From Podarcis gaigeae (lineage: Eukaryota): a stretch of DNA of 64,000 nt. This document shows positions 1-11,869 of this stretch, in pieces. Position numbers and translations under genes: made by a program. The notes beneath the pieces were generated by a model. It ran no database searches and was not told the DNA's origin. It was given only the letters and a program-made list of their open reading frames with translations. Within the stretch, counting starts at the first letter, position 1; each line of letters begins with the position of its first letter. The DNA lies in NCBI GenBank assembly GCA_964106915.2, contig OZ066918.1; one strand, written 5' to 3'.

Positions 1-138
1 TGGTGCCTGCCTGGTGTTTTTATATGAGTAGAATGTGTGCTTTTATTTAAAATGCATCTCTGGGTTATTTGTGGGGCACAGGAATTTGTTCACTCCCCCC
101 CCCCAAAAAAAAATATAACCTGACAAGGTCTGAGGGAC
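1..138 (+). mobile_element. Partial hAT-type MITE (same family as 16182-16418 and 62004-62255)
   Basis: Shares atgagtagaatgtgt..ttttatttaaaatgcatctctgggttatttgt..caaggtctgagg with the two complete copies. Confidence 0.75.
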
Positions 139-1291
139 TCCTATGGCATGGACTCCTGCATTATGGCCCAGGCTTCTCTATATTACCCTGCTGGTGCTGC
201 AAGTAGTAGTGCTTTAAAGGCTCCCTCATTACTCAGAGCCAGACTGAAGATGCTTGGTGTGCCACACACTAGGAGCCAGAGCTCGGCTCACCCAGATGAA
301 CTCTGTAGGATTCTAGCCAGAGACTTGAGAAGAAAATGTAACTTTAAATGGGAGGATTGTTCCTGGCTGAGGATAGTAAAATACCTTGCTACTTTGAAGT
401 GACTGATTCCCCCACCCCATGGAAGTCATCCAGCTTAGGAGAATTTATGTGAAACTTTGAAATACTTCAGCTTGAAATCCAAGGGCAGCAAAATGAAATA
501 TCCTTTCCTTGAACCATTTCCATATCATTCCAGAACGTGGACGGCTCTCTAAGGCATATGTGGGTCAAGGGATAGCATGAGTCTTAATTGCAATGTATTT
601 TACTCTAATAAGGTTGCCTTCAAGTTGTGAAATCATCCACTGTGAACAATGAGAAAGCGATTCAAATGCAACTACTTTTACTCCTTTCCCACCATGCGTG
701 AGTCCATCTGTTATCCGTTTGCACCTCTGGTAGCCGGTCACAAAGGCTGGTTTTCTGCTGGCCTCTTTCCACTTCATCTTTTTTATTAAGTTTATTAAAA
801 CTAGTCAGATTATACTTTTCTTATGGTGGAGGCTCCACTTGGTCCATTCATTATAGTTTCTTATCTTGGCAGGCAATCTCAATTGAAAGGCAGCTAGTCC
901 ATTATGCACATATGAAGCCCATCACTCCTCCAGCGATGGCCAATTCATCAAACATTTATCTTTTGCCCTCTGAGCAGTGCGTCAATTTGCTTGTCACTCC
1001 CCAGCCTTGGTTGTTGTGGAAGATGGGAGAAAAATTACTTTCTCCCCCCCCCCCGCCACCATCCGTTTCTCACTACGCTAGAAGAGTGTGCTACATACTG
1101 CCTAGCTCGTTTCATTCTCCTAGTTTTCTTTTAAAAGGGGTGGGGACTATTTACATTCTAATGCTCAAATTATAATTCAGAATGTTGCTGCCAAAGACAT
1201 AAGCACTACTATGCTGTGAACACCGCCCTTGGTTTGAATGCAATTGAACCATCATGCAGGTTCGCTGCATCCCCAAATGTAACTGCTAACA

Positions 1292-1631
1292 CAGGGGTAG
1301 GCAACCTGAGGCCCATGGGCACAAGCTGCCCACGGGGGTCATTTAACCAGCCCACGAGCCGCCCGCTCAGCGAGTCCTGGTGCGCTGTGCTAAACCAGCG
1401 TGGCACAGGGACTCGCTTTTGCGGTGCCAGTAATCACGTCTGCGCATGCGCTGGGAATTGAGCCACCCGCTTGGCGAGTCTCACGCGCTGTGCTAAACCA
1501 GCGTGGCACGGGGACTCGCTTCTGCAGTGCCAGAAATCGCGTCTGCACAGACGCAGACACTGGAAATTGTGGGTGCACTTGCTCGTGTGCACGCGACCCA
1601 GCCCACGGAGGGTAAACCTTGCCGACCCCTG
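1292..1631. mobile_element. Non-autonomous hAT (Charlie-like) DNA transposon
   Basis: Imperfect TIRs CAGGGGTAGGCAA...TTGCCGACCCCTG. Perfect 8-bp TSD TGCTAACA (1284-1291, 1632-1639). Internal ~50-bp direct repeat; CpG-rich. Confidence 0.9.
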
Positions 1632-1731
1632 TGCTAACATCTGATCATACAAAAGAGGGATAGTTTGACCCCACTTTTCAACTCGAAGTCCTCACATTGT
1701 TCTTCTTTTGGCTTATTATGGACCAGTGAAA

Positions 1732-1889
1732 CCAGACGCCTTCATCTGCACCAAGTGTAATGAAACATGCCTCTCTCCTATTGGTCTCTACAGTCACACC
1801 AGGCACTGTAACTTTCCAATGGTTTGACTTCACCCCCTCCCCATGGTGCACTCTTCCATTGTCTCTCGAGGCAGACAGATGCCAGCAAA
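1732..1889 (+). mobile_element. 3' end of an RTE-clade LINE (C-terminal zinc-finger coding fragment plus 3' UTR)
   Basis: 1732-1827 reads PDAFICTKCNETCLSPIGLYSHTRHCNFPMV*, resembling the CxxC..SRIGLxSHxxxC C-terminus of RTE ORFs. The tail ccattgtctctcgaggcagacagatgcca is shared with 50931-50990 on the minus strand. Confidence 0.7.
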
Positions 1890-2461
1890 TGATAATATTA
1901 TTTGTATCTTGCCCTTCCTCTGATAAGATCTAGGTGGTGCATCTAAATCCCTATCCATGTGACATGTGACAAGGGTCCACATAGTGGGGCTGTCTCCAGC
2001 GTAATGTGGCTTCCCTGCCCCCCTGACATCTATGCATTTATTCTCTCGGTTTGAACCATCGTGCAGATTTAGCTCATCCCTAGGTTTTACTGCTAACACC
2101 TGAAAATCCAAAAGAGAGAGCCGCTTGAGCCTTTGGGAGGAAGGATGGGATCAATTTGATTAATGTTGGTAATGGTGACAATAATAATAGTAATACCTGT
2201 GCAAGTAGACTTTGTTCCAGCTTCTATGGGTGGAGGCCTACATGCATAGAGTGTGCATATGCTGCTCCTGTCCAGTTGTGGAACTACATGATATTGAGGG
2301 CAGGACCAGCTGCTATGACAACAGATATCACCTGGACACCCAGGAGGAAAAACTGGGTCTTGAATCACAACTAGACATATGACCTTTTTTGTAAGGGAAG
2401 AGTAAATCCTCATCCAGAATTAAGAGTTTGAAGATCTTATAAGTTTATATTCCTTTATGTA

Positions 2462-2594
2462 CCGTATTTTTCCATCCATAAGACGCCTCCAAATTAAGAA
2501 AACATCCCTCAGCACTACCCATGTATAAGACCAGCACCAATTTTAAACCTAATTTTTTGGTGGAAAAAAAAACCCTATACATGGAAAAATACGG
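2462..2594. mobile_element. Tc1/mariner-superfamily MITE (Tc2-like termini)
   Basis: 14-bp TIR CCGTATTTTTCCAT / ATGGAAAAATACGG flanked by TA on both sides. Confidence 0.85.
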
Positions 2595-5141
2595 TAGTCT
2601 AGAAATTAAAATACTCATATTGCCATGCATTACAGCTGAATACTAGAATAAATCTTCCTAGTCTGTTTGGAAATTATAATCTAGGCATTTTCTGATGAGC
2701 TTGTTGGCAAAGGGAAAATGGCTGATGCTGACCAGTAAAGCCCAAACAAGTAAGGAAGTAGTCACACTTTGGCTGTTTGGATATCTGAATCTGTGGTGTG
2801 TATAGCAGAGATTGGGCATAATTCAGGCATATACAAACTATTCCTAAACTCTGAATTAAGTACTTTTGGAGTCCCTAAAGCAATTTAGAACTTTGATAGA
2901 GGAAGCTGACTTAAATTTGGTTTTAAATAAACATGGCTGGATACCAGAATAAGATGGTAGCTTATTCCCACTTCTGGTGGGAGTGTCATAGGAGTACTGG
3001 GCATAATAAATTTGCCTTATTACAAAGCAAATAATTATGTCCCTCCATGACCTCTGCTGAATTTGTTTATTGATCAGAATGTAGAATTGGTAAGGCTTTT
3101 ACTTTTAGTAAGGAATTGGTCGCCCGTTTACATTTATCAGCTGAAAGAATCACAGCCAGGGTACTGGAAATATTCTGATGTGAATCGAGAATCCTGGTGC
3201 CAAAAATTATGGTGGACAATACTGCTAGAAAAATGTGCCCCCAAAATAAAAATATTGAGAGACCAACATACATGATGCTCTTTGGGTGGTGTGTGGTGGG
3301 ACTTGTGATTTCATTAATGTGAGGTAGTGTGGCAGCTTCGTTGCTTATGTGTGGCTATGGATCCAATGATACAGGACTAGACTGTGTTTCTGCTTTGGTC
3401 CTCACCTTGCTGAAAGTTCAGCAAAGAGAACATTGGAAAGAGAGAAAGTGTTATAAGTGAAATAATGTCCCCTGCGGATGAATTGGTTTGATAGCACTCA
3501 CCTTATGAAATTTTGGGCACCATGTCCATTAGATGATGATAAATGTTGTGCTATTTATGTGAAAATTATTTCATGCAATCTTTCTGATGAGTGTGTGTAT
3601 TTATTTTCCTGTCATGAAATCTAGTCATGTGAACTTGCTCAGACTGGTAAGATGGCAGAGCTTAGTTTTGGAAACTGTTTTGATAACCCAGTTGATAAAT
3701 GGTATAGACATCCAATCTTGTAGTCATGCATTTGTCTTAATGCTTTTTTAAAGAACACTTTAAAAATTAGAAGTGTGGACAATATTTCATTGTGTAACAG
3801 CACCATCTTTAATTTCTGGTAAGAGCTATTTGTTGTCAATAAAGAGCAAGTCGATTTCAAGGCATGTCCCATCTCTAGTTTATCTATAGTTAGCAGGGGG
3901 AAATGTGTGTGTGTAAGGGGGGGGGGAATGTCATTTGAAATGAGTGAGATATATTAAGGGGAGCATAATGTGTTCTGTTTCCAATCAACACACAAGTGTA
4001 TATTAGTTGCATAATGAGGAAGTCTATACAAATCTCTTGGTTTCTGTTCCTTCATTGTTGAAACAATACTGCTGCTGTTTCCTTTTTCTTTCTTTCTTAT
4101 TTAATGCATAGTTCAAGATTACCAGTAGGCAAAAACTGCTTTTTTAAAATTTCATTGTAACCAAATCCTTTCCAAATGTTCTTCATCAGACCAGATGACT
4201 GGCATAAAGAAAAGCTAGTAGACAGCAGTTAGTTACCCTGCATAATCAAAGCAAAAATTGCCACTGAAAATACCCCTTTGTGCTGAAAAATGAAACCCCT
4301 TTTCCTCCAAATTATGCACGAATTATAGGATGCAGATAAACTGGGGAAAGCACTACAGATTTAATCGAAGGGCTTAAATGGGGGGAAATGTTCCCAGAGA
4401 ACTTTGTGTTCTTATTTTACTGTCTTGCATACATGGCTTCTAAGTCATCAGGAGGGAGGGAGGGAGTTTGCCTGCTCAGCACACTGTTTTTGTAAGCTAA
4501 TGAGGGCAAAGCGTGAGCCATAGGCAATGATGCTGCGATATTAGCTGTGACAGGGAGCTTGATCATAATTATCTTAACGAGGATAGGGTTAATTACAGTG
4601 GAAACTTAAAGTTCTTTCTGTTGGAATCAGGCAGAGCTGAATGCGTTGTGATGTTTTGTCATTTTGATGTGACTTTTGAAATTGCATTGGAAATCTCTTG
4701 GCAACGATTGCTTTCCTCCAGGAGTGGGAGTGTGAGGCCTGCAATGAGGTAACCGAGGTGGTACCTGTAGGTGAGATAATGGGCAGCTTTCATGTCATTA
4801 GAGCAGGGGCAGATCAACCTGCAGTGCACTTGAGTGATGCTTATTAGCCTTCTAAACCAACTAGGGAGGACGGCTACCTGCCACTACCCCTTAAGCCCTT
4901 GGTGGTGGTCATGGTACTGAGCCTGTGCCTTGTTGCTTTTAATTCACAAAGACAGATAGAAGGTTCTTTGCTACAAACTAAGAGAGCTTACAGGCTTTCC
5001 TTGCTGCTCTTTGAGTTTTGCAGAGTTTTAATAAAAGGGATATTCCAAGAGCAGAAGCAGCCTATTCCTAATATCTAGTAAAAACATTGATGCTAATCCC
5101 TTCTGCTTGAATAGCACTTCTCTGTTGAAGCTCCTAAAGTA

Positions 5142-5379
5142 CTCTACAGACACAACTTTACAATCTGCTGGGTGCAGTGCTGTAGGCAGCTTGATCTCTG
5201 TTCAGTAACTGGGAAACTGAGGTCCATGGAAACTTTATGCATTGCCAAGGATCTCTCAGGACAATCCTGAAAACTGGATGCTTCTAACCTAGCAATGATA
5301 ACGAGCCATTATTCATTTCTTCCTCGCACTCCACGCCCACATATTGGAGGTCATAACTGAGGATGGCAAAGACGGTTGT
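5142..5379 (+). repeat. Non-SINE arm of inverted duplication, copy A (partner 21635-21872)
   Basis: Reverse complement of 21635-21872, with about 5 mismatches in 238 nt by eye. The first ~160 nt are identical. Confidence 0.92.
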
Positions 5380-5691
5380 CCGATCAGAAGGTTGGCGGTT
5401 CGAATCCCCGCAATGGGGTGAGCTCCTATTGTTCGGTCCCTGCTCCTGCCAACCTAGCAGTTCGAAAGCACGTCAAAGTGCAAGTAGATAAATAGGTACT
5501 GCTCTGGTGGGAAGGTAAACAGCATTTCCATGCGCTGCTCTGGTTCGCCAGAAGTGGCTTAGTCATGCTGGCCACATTACCCAGAAGTGTCTGCGGACAA
5601 ACGCTGGCTCCCATGGCCAGTAAAGTGAGATGAGCGCCACAACCCCAGAGTTGTCTGCAACTGGACTTAATAGTCAGGGGTTCCTTTACCT
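5380..5691 (+). mobile_element. Sauria SINE (Squam1), 5'-truncated
   Basis: ccgatcagaaggttggcggttcgaatccc B-box region, conserved body, (ACCTTT)-type tail. Confidence 0.9.
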
Positions 5692-5707
5692 TTTACATAT
5701 TACATGT

Positions 5708-6097
5708 GAGATGTGGGTGGCACTGTGGTCTAAACCACTGAACCTTGGGCTTGCTGATCAAAGGGTCAGCGGTTCAAATCCCTGTGATGGGGTGAGCTCC
5801 CATTGCTCAGTCCCAGCTCCTGCCAACCTAGCAGTTCGAAAGCATGCCAAAAAATGCAAGTAGATTAATAGGTACCGCTCCGGCACAAAGGTAAACACCG
5901 TTTCCATGTGCTGCTCTGCTGTTGGTGTTCCGCTGCATCAGAAGCAGCTTAGTCATGCTGACCACATGACCCGGAAAAACTGTCTGTGGAACGGACAAAG
6001 ACTAGCTCCCTCGGCCTGTAAAGCGAGATGAGAGCCGCAACCCCAGAGTCATTCACAACTGGACTTAACTGTCAGGGGTCCCTTTACTACAAACTAC
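5708..6097 (+). mobile_element. Sauria SINE (Squam1), near full length
   Basis: tRNA-like head gggtggcactgtggtctaaacc, body and tail. 16-bp direct repeat TTTACATATTACATGT at 5692-5707 and 6098-6113 (TSD). Confidence 0.9.
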
Positions 6098-6120
6098 TTT
6101 ACATATTACATGTAACATGG

Positions 6121-6535
6121 GACAAGGGCTGTAGCTCAGCAGCAGAGCATGTCTCACATGCAGAAGGTCCCAGGTTCAGTACAGTGGTACCTCGGGTTAA
6201 GTACTTAATTTATTCTGGAGGTCCGTTCTTAACCTGAAACTGTTCTTAACCTGAAGCACCACTTGAGCTAATGGGGCCCCCTGCTGCTGCTGTGCCGCCG
6301 GAGCACGATTTCTGTTCTCATCTTGAAGCAAAGTTCTTAACCTGAAGCACTATTTCTGGGTTAGTGAAGTCTGTAACCTGAAGCGTATGTAACCCGAGGT
6401 ACCACTGTACTTGGCTTTCCAGACAGGATTGGGAATGTCCCATGTCCGAAACTCTGGAGAACCACAACCAACGAGGGTAGACAATACTGACCTATATGGA
6501 CCACTGGTCTGGCTCAGTATAAGGTGGCTTCCTAA
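6121..6535 (+). mobile_element. Squam3-like tRNA-derived SINE interrupted by a TcMar MITE
   Basis: Head gggctgtagctcag..gcagaaggtcccaggttca. The 3' part gtagacaatactga..atggacca.tggtctggctcagtataaggtggcttcct resumes after 6409. Confidence 0.75.
6182..6407 (+). mobile_element. Tigger/TcMar-like MITE
   Basis: TIR CAGTGGTACCTCGGGTTA / TAACCCGAGGTACCACTG with TA TSD. Five related copies in the window. Confidence 0.9.
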
Positions 6536-8092
6536 GCAGCTCAGATCTCTAAATATTTATGCTTGAACTGACAATTCGGGGCAGGGTGATTGGGATCAGA
6601 GAGGCATGAAGGTAGGTGAGAATGGAGCAGGTTTATTATTGCACTCCTTATTCTCACTTGTAGCCTCTCCACCCCTGCCATATGCTCTGAAAAATGGAGC
6701 TGATTAAATGGTGAAGGTGGGCAGTGCACAAAGGCTTCCTTGAAAACTGCAGGAATGAATGAACACTTTTAAAAAAAGCAAAAAAGAGAGCTATGTTGGA
6801 TATGGACTGGACACTGTGTGCACAATGCCCCTGCTGATGACGTGGTAAGGAAAATAAACAAACAAGACCTTGTGTAACTAGAGACAGATCCAAGGAACTG
6901 CTGGTGCGCATATTGTTGAAGGAGAGGGTAGCCATTGCTCCTTCACTCCAGCATGCCTTTCTGCAGCCTGAGATCACTTTGTAACCTCGTTAAGTCTGCA
7001 TAGTGCCCTCTCTGTTCCATCTTGAGACTGTTAGGAAACTGCAGGCTGTGGCTTTTTCTCCTCTCCTACAACACCCTCTTGCAAACTCCAAAGTTTGCTT
7101 GCTACTCTCTGGCTATGCGTTGGCCCTAATGAAAGGTATGGCGCTTCTGTGTAGTGTGATTCCTTAAAACAAAAGGAAAGGAAAATTCCCTGTGAGAGTG
7201 ACTAATGACATTACACGGCAAAAATGATCAAGCCCTAGCCAGGTGTGGAGGAGGGCTTTGCACACAATCTTCTCTGTTCCTGCCTAAAGCTTAGGCGGGC
7301 ATTGTGCCCTAGCCTCTGTTTTGGAAATAAAGGGGCTACCTCAATAGGCAACTCTCTATCTCTCTCGCTCCTTTGTCCCACTTCATGGCATGTCATTTTG
7401 TTTTATGCCTCCCCTCCAGCAGTTTTGGATGTGTGCTTTATTCTTCTTGCCAGTTGCCAACCATTTGCAGATTCTCATGATAAGGGTATTATATTTGCAT
7501 AACACAACTCATGAACAATGTGCATTTGGAGGCTGACACAGACCAGAGCCCCAGCAATGCATACTCACAAAGGGCCTATTAGCGTCCCATAAGGCTCTGT
7601 GGTGTTGACAGGGTGGTGGCCTTTTTTGAACTCCCTTTGGCAAGCGGAAAGACTTTTTTTTCTTTTTAAAGCAATAAACTGAAGATTGGACATAATCCAC
7701 TACTAACTATTTATACGGAGAGAGCATTTAAATGGGCACTGCCAGTTAGGCTTTATTATGAATCTAAAGTTAACAATCATAACCACACAATCTGTTTATT
7801 GCTTCTTCTCCTGTGCGGCTTATAGAGGAGCGTGAGGTCAGGATCATTTAGAGCAGCAGTTTCTCCTGCCCCATGGACCATTTGAGGGACTTAACATTTG
7901 GGGAAGGTTTTTTTGGGGGGGAGGGGGGATGCCGTGACACTGGAGCACAAACAGATTCATTTCCCCCACAATCTGATACGGCAGCATTCAGTTACGTTCT
8001 TTCCATTGCTTTTTATTTCCTTTCAGAATGGATTGGCGGGGGCGCCAGAAATTGCAGCTTAATGAATGTTCCAGCAAAACCGGTAGAAAGTG

Positions 8093-8318
8093 CAATGGTA
8101 CCTCAGGTTACATACGCTTCAGGTTACAGGCTCTGCTAACCCAGAAATATTACCTCAGGTTAAGAACTTTGCTTCAGGATAAGAACAGAAATCGTGCAGT
8201 GGCGGCGCAGCAGCAGCAGGAGGCCCCATTAGCTAAAGTGGTGCTTCAGGTTAAGAACAGTTTCAGGTTAAGAACAGACCTCCAGAACGAATTAAGTTCT
8301 TAACCCGAGGTACCACTG
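8093..8318 (-). mobile_element. Tigger/TcMar-like MITE (opposite orientation to 6182-6407)
   Basis: Same TIRs (left end slightly mutated). Interior is the reverse complement of the 6182 copy. Confidence 0.88.
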
Positions 8319-8883
8319 TATAGCACTCAACTCCCTTTTCGTCCAAGCACGTTGCGCCCACTTGCAACCTTTTTCAGTTTTTCAAGCAGGCTGGTATGAG
8401 CTCCTTTCTCACCCAGCAGATGAGCTCAGTATTAATAAATAAATAAAAGGCTGATAAATGTATTCGGAATGTGCCTACTGCATGGATCAATCAGTAGAAA
8501 CAGGTGCACTTGCATTGTTCGGGCCGCCTGAAACAATGGCCAGGCTGTGCTCAGGTGAGGAGCAAATGGAGATGGGGGTCTGTGGCAAAAGGGAACAGTC
8601 CGTGTAATGCTACCACACATGTGACAAACCCCCCACCCCCCAAATGCAGTAGTGAGCTTCCGTACCAGCAGTTACTGCAGATATATAACAGGTTGTTCTT
8701 TATTATTAGATTTTTCTACGCTAAAGGGAAATCTGGGTTAAATGGGGCAGAAGGATGGTGACGATATAATGTGAGTGGTGCAAAAAATAAAATAAAAACG
8801 TGTGCATGAGTAGCTGCGGTTCCACAATAAACTCCCATCTGAAAGCACCCTTTGTAATTCACATCAGTTTTGAACCTCCAGAG

Positions 8884-9008
8884 TAAGGTTACCAGATGTC
8901 CCCGTTTCCTGGTGACAGTCCCCAAATTTACAAATCAGTCCCCATACAAAATCTATTGAAGTTGAAAACTGTCCCCGGATTCATTGGAAAAAAAATCTGG
9001 TAACCTTA
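8884..9008. mobile_element. Short MITE, hAT-Blackjack-like termini
   Basis: Perfect 14-bp TIR TAAGGTTACCAGAT / ATCTGGTAACCTTA and internal tgtcccc motifs. Confidence 0.7.
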
Positions 9009-10513
9009 GAGTAGAGGACTATTGAGAAGCATGGAGTTTCTCTGGTTATTTATAGTTAACACTGTGGTGTCCTTGAACCGTAGCATGAAGGTCACATGTT
9101 TTCTTTCCTACAAAGGACTTTTCATTCCATTCTTTTATTACGGGGCTATAAGTTTCAGCTAAGACAATTTCATCTAACCTACCCCTGCCAGGTTTAAATT
9201 TTTGAATTGGGTGGATAAATATTTGTTATTTCCCCCCACAGCATGCCTGTTATATGCCTGCAATAGAGCATATCTCATGCAGACCTTGAAGAAGGGTGTT
9301 AAAGAGGGAGGGAATAATTCCCTTTAGTATAAATGTCATTGGACAGTGAATAAATAGTGTAGACTTGCATCTCCCTTATTCATCACATTTTATAAAATAG
9401 TGAGGAGATAAAGTGATGATCCTCACCACTGGTAGGCATACTAGCTCAGCTGTCAAGTCATGCAACCTCAGCATATCTCTAGGTGTCTGGTAGGTGAATG
9501 AGCTGTGAATGTGTGTGTCTTTGTGTATGCTCCATATACCATGCCCATCTTAGGTGATTAATGTGAAGATTCCCCCACCCATTTCTGTAAGAACTTGCAA
9601 AGCTACGAAATTAAGAGTTAAAACTGAAACAGTGGCCCAGCAAAGTGACAAAGCCAGACTTTTAAATTCCTTCCTCCTAGCTTTCCTAATTGGCTACCAA
9701 ATTTCTACAAATGTCTATGTGTTTACAACCCAAAGAGCTGTGCTTCCATGCTGAAAAGATTTTGCTTGTTACTTTTAAATCTCAGTGTTTTGTGCGTGTC
9801 TGTGTGTTTTGTGGGCAGGCATTGCTGGGGGGGGGGCGTGGGCCATCGTAAAAAATAATAATTTTTGCTGTATCTGGGCGATATAGGGCACTCTAGCATT
9901 TTATCTTTTGTGCTTGAAAAAACAGCCACCACAACGAAAAACTCCAGACAGAGAAAATTCTGTGGTTAATAAAATAAAAATCACTAAAGGAAAAGGAAAA
10001 ACTTCCCATCATACCCCCCCCTCCTGCAGTTTTATATATAGGGTAGCTGCTGAGAACAATTCTTGAAGTTGTATTTATTATTGTTAGTGGGGTATGATAT
10101 TTCATGGCAGAAATGATGGATGACAACTTAAATTTGTGTCCAGGGAATGAAGGTGAACTGTGACAGAGTTATTTATCTTGGGAATGGAGGTTAGGGTCAG
10201 GCGAGGCTGGGTGCCTGAAGGCACAAGACATTGACAAATTCATCCTGCAGGCCTCATATCTGAAGCCTTTTGTTTTGGATCCTGGCTACTCACTAAGTGA
10301 CCCCCATCCTTCATTCTGCCAGCTTGCGAAGAAGGATGTGTTGCTGTACCGACACTCCTCTTGCCACTAATTCTTGTCATTCAGTCTCCTGACAGGACTA
10401 AAGCAAAACTCTTCCCGCTCCTTGAAAGGGAAGGTTAAAATATTTATTTCAGCTCATAATGGCCTCCCTGATTTACTGGAGTATCATTTTTCCTGTTGCC
10501 TTTGTCGTTGCAG

Positions 10514-10640
10514 GTCACTGGAAGGACTGGAGACATTTAGCGGCTTGGAAGAGCTGATCTTGGACAACAATCTCCTCCGGAATGACCTCCGGTTACCCAG
10601 GTTACCACACCTCCATACCCTGATGCTGAACAAGAACCAA
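10514..10640 (+). CDS. LRMDA: LRMDA internal coding exon (127 nt; probably exon 3 of the long isoform), leucine-rich repeats
   Basis: Pyrimidine tract and CAG acceptor at 10511-10513. Encodes (R)[42 protein letters not shown], matching human [47 protein letters not shown] as I recall it. Followed by U12 donor ATATCCTT. Confidence 0.95.
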
Positions 10641-11741
10641 ATATCCTTCCAAAAGAGAGGGTGGGGAGGGGAGAGGAGAAAGGCCCTGCCAAATGTCGAA
10701 TAATCCTTATGTGTCAGCCAAATTAAAGTATGTAAAATGTCACTCGTTTGCAGACAAAGCATCCTCTCCCTTTCTCTTGTCACTCAGGATACTTCAAAGT
10801 AATTTATTACAGGTCATTCATAAACGAAATGCCTCGCTATATCTTCCTGTTGCTCCGTTTTTTAGTGCGAGCCCTAAGTTTATGGCTCTGAAGGAATCTT
10901 TGTCAATAGATTGAGAGGTGGAAATAGCAGCCAGTTTTGCGCTTCTTAACAGAACCCAGCCTGCTTGGGTTCTGTGGCAGGCTGACCTCTAGTGGAATAG
11001 TGTGTGCAGTGAAACAAGATTAAAACATTAGGTTGGCTTTTTTTCACATGCACATAGAATGCTTCTTAAAGAAAATATACATCTTGTTTAATTTGGCAGA
11101 AGCAATCACTTGACGGGAGCCGATAGGGCCATGTTAGCCATTAGGCTAGAAAGGGTCAAGAATAGTTTCCCACCCTTTGCTGTTTTGTGAATAACACTGA
11201 TCGCCAGAGTGTAGCAGTGTGGTTGTTACTTCCTGTGCTGGGCTCTTTTAAAATATTGAGCCACCCTGAGAGTGGCAGCTGTTCGCTTATCGCACAAACA
11301 GCATTGTTGCTCGGTATTATTGGAAATGCTGGTAGTCTGCACTGCAGGACAGGCAGCAAAGCCATGCAAAGTTGCATGCTGAGACTGAGCTGAAAATATC
11401 AGTTCAGTTTTAACTTAATTTTCATTGTTTTCAAAAGATCTTTCTCTGTGTTTTGTCCAACTCTGGGATGCAAAGAGGGTGGGGGCAAAGATGCGTGTTA
11501 GCAGCTCTCTTCTCAGCCAAGTCTAATACTTTGCCCAAGTAATCAGCCACCATACCCAGGAAGCCTGGACATTTTATAGGCTTTAAAAGAATGGGCTTGG
11601 AAGCCTTTGAGTGGCCTGTCGCTAGTAAGGATTGATTGGCAAATTTTTAAGCAGAGAATGACGATCCTTAGGCAAGTTGAAGGTCTTAATGACAGTTAAG
11701 CTCCGGTAAATTAATCAAGTATTTTACACATACACTCTCAG

Positions 11742-11869
11742 GTAGCCTTCACAAACCTGTTACTTGCCAGATGTTTTGGACTACATCTCCCATCAGCCTC
11801 TGTGTTGGCTGGGACTGATGGGAGTTTGCTGGGCAAAGCATGTGGAGAGTGGCAGGTTGGTGAAGCTAC
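11742..11869. mobile_element. Short palindromic MITE (gactac..ctcccatca family)
   Basis: Fold-back structure. Related copies at 28184-28320, 47043-47149 and ~63531-63655. Confidence 0.7.

Noticed and set aside
1732-1827. Possible zinc-finger gene exon
   Set aside because: Motif and following tail fit an RTE LINE C-terminus rather than a host C2H2 gene.
6121-6181. tRNA-like sequence (also the heads of Sauria SINEs)
   Set aside because: SINE heads with degenerate A/B boxes, continuous with SINE bodies. No intact cloverleaf.
10374-10513. Upstream part of ORF 10374-10703 (LSFSLL..) resembling the end of the preceding LRMDA exon (LSFNLLR)
   Set aside because: No donor site and no further similarity. 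It is intronic read-through ahead of a good acceptor at 10513.
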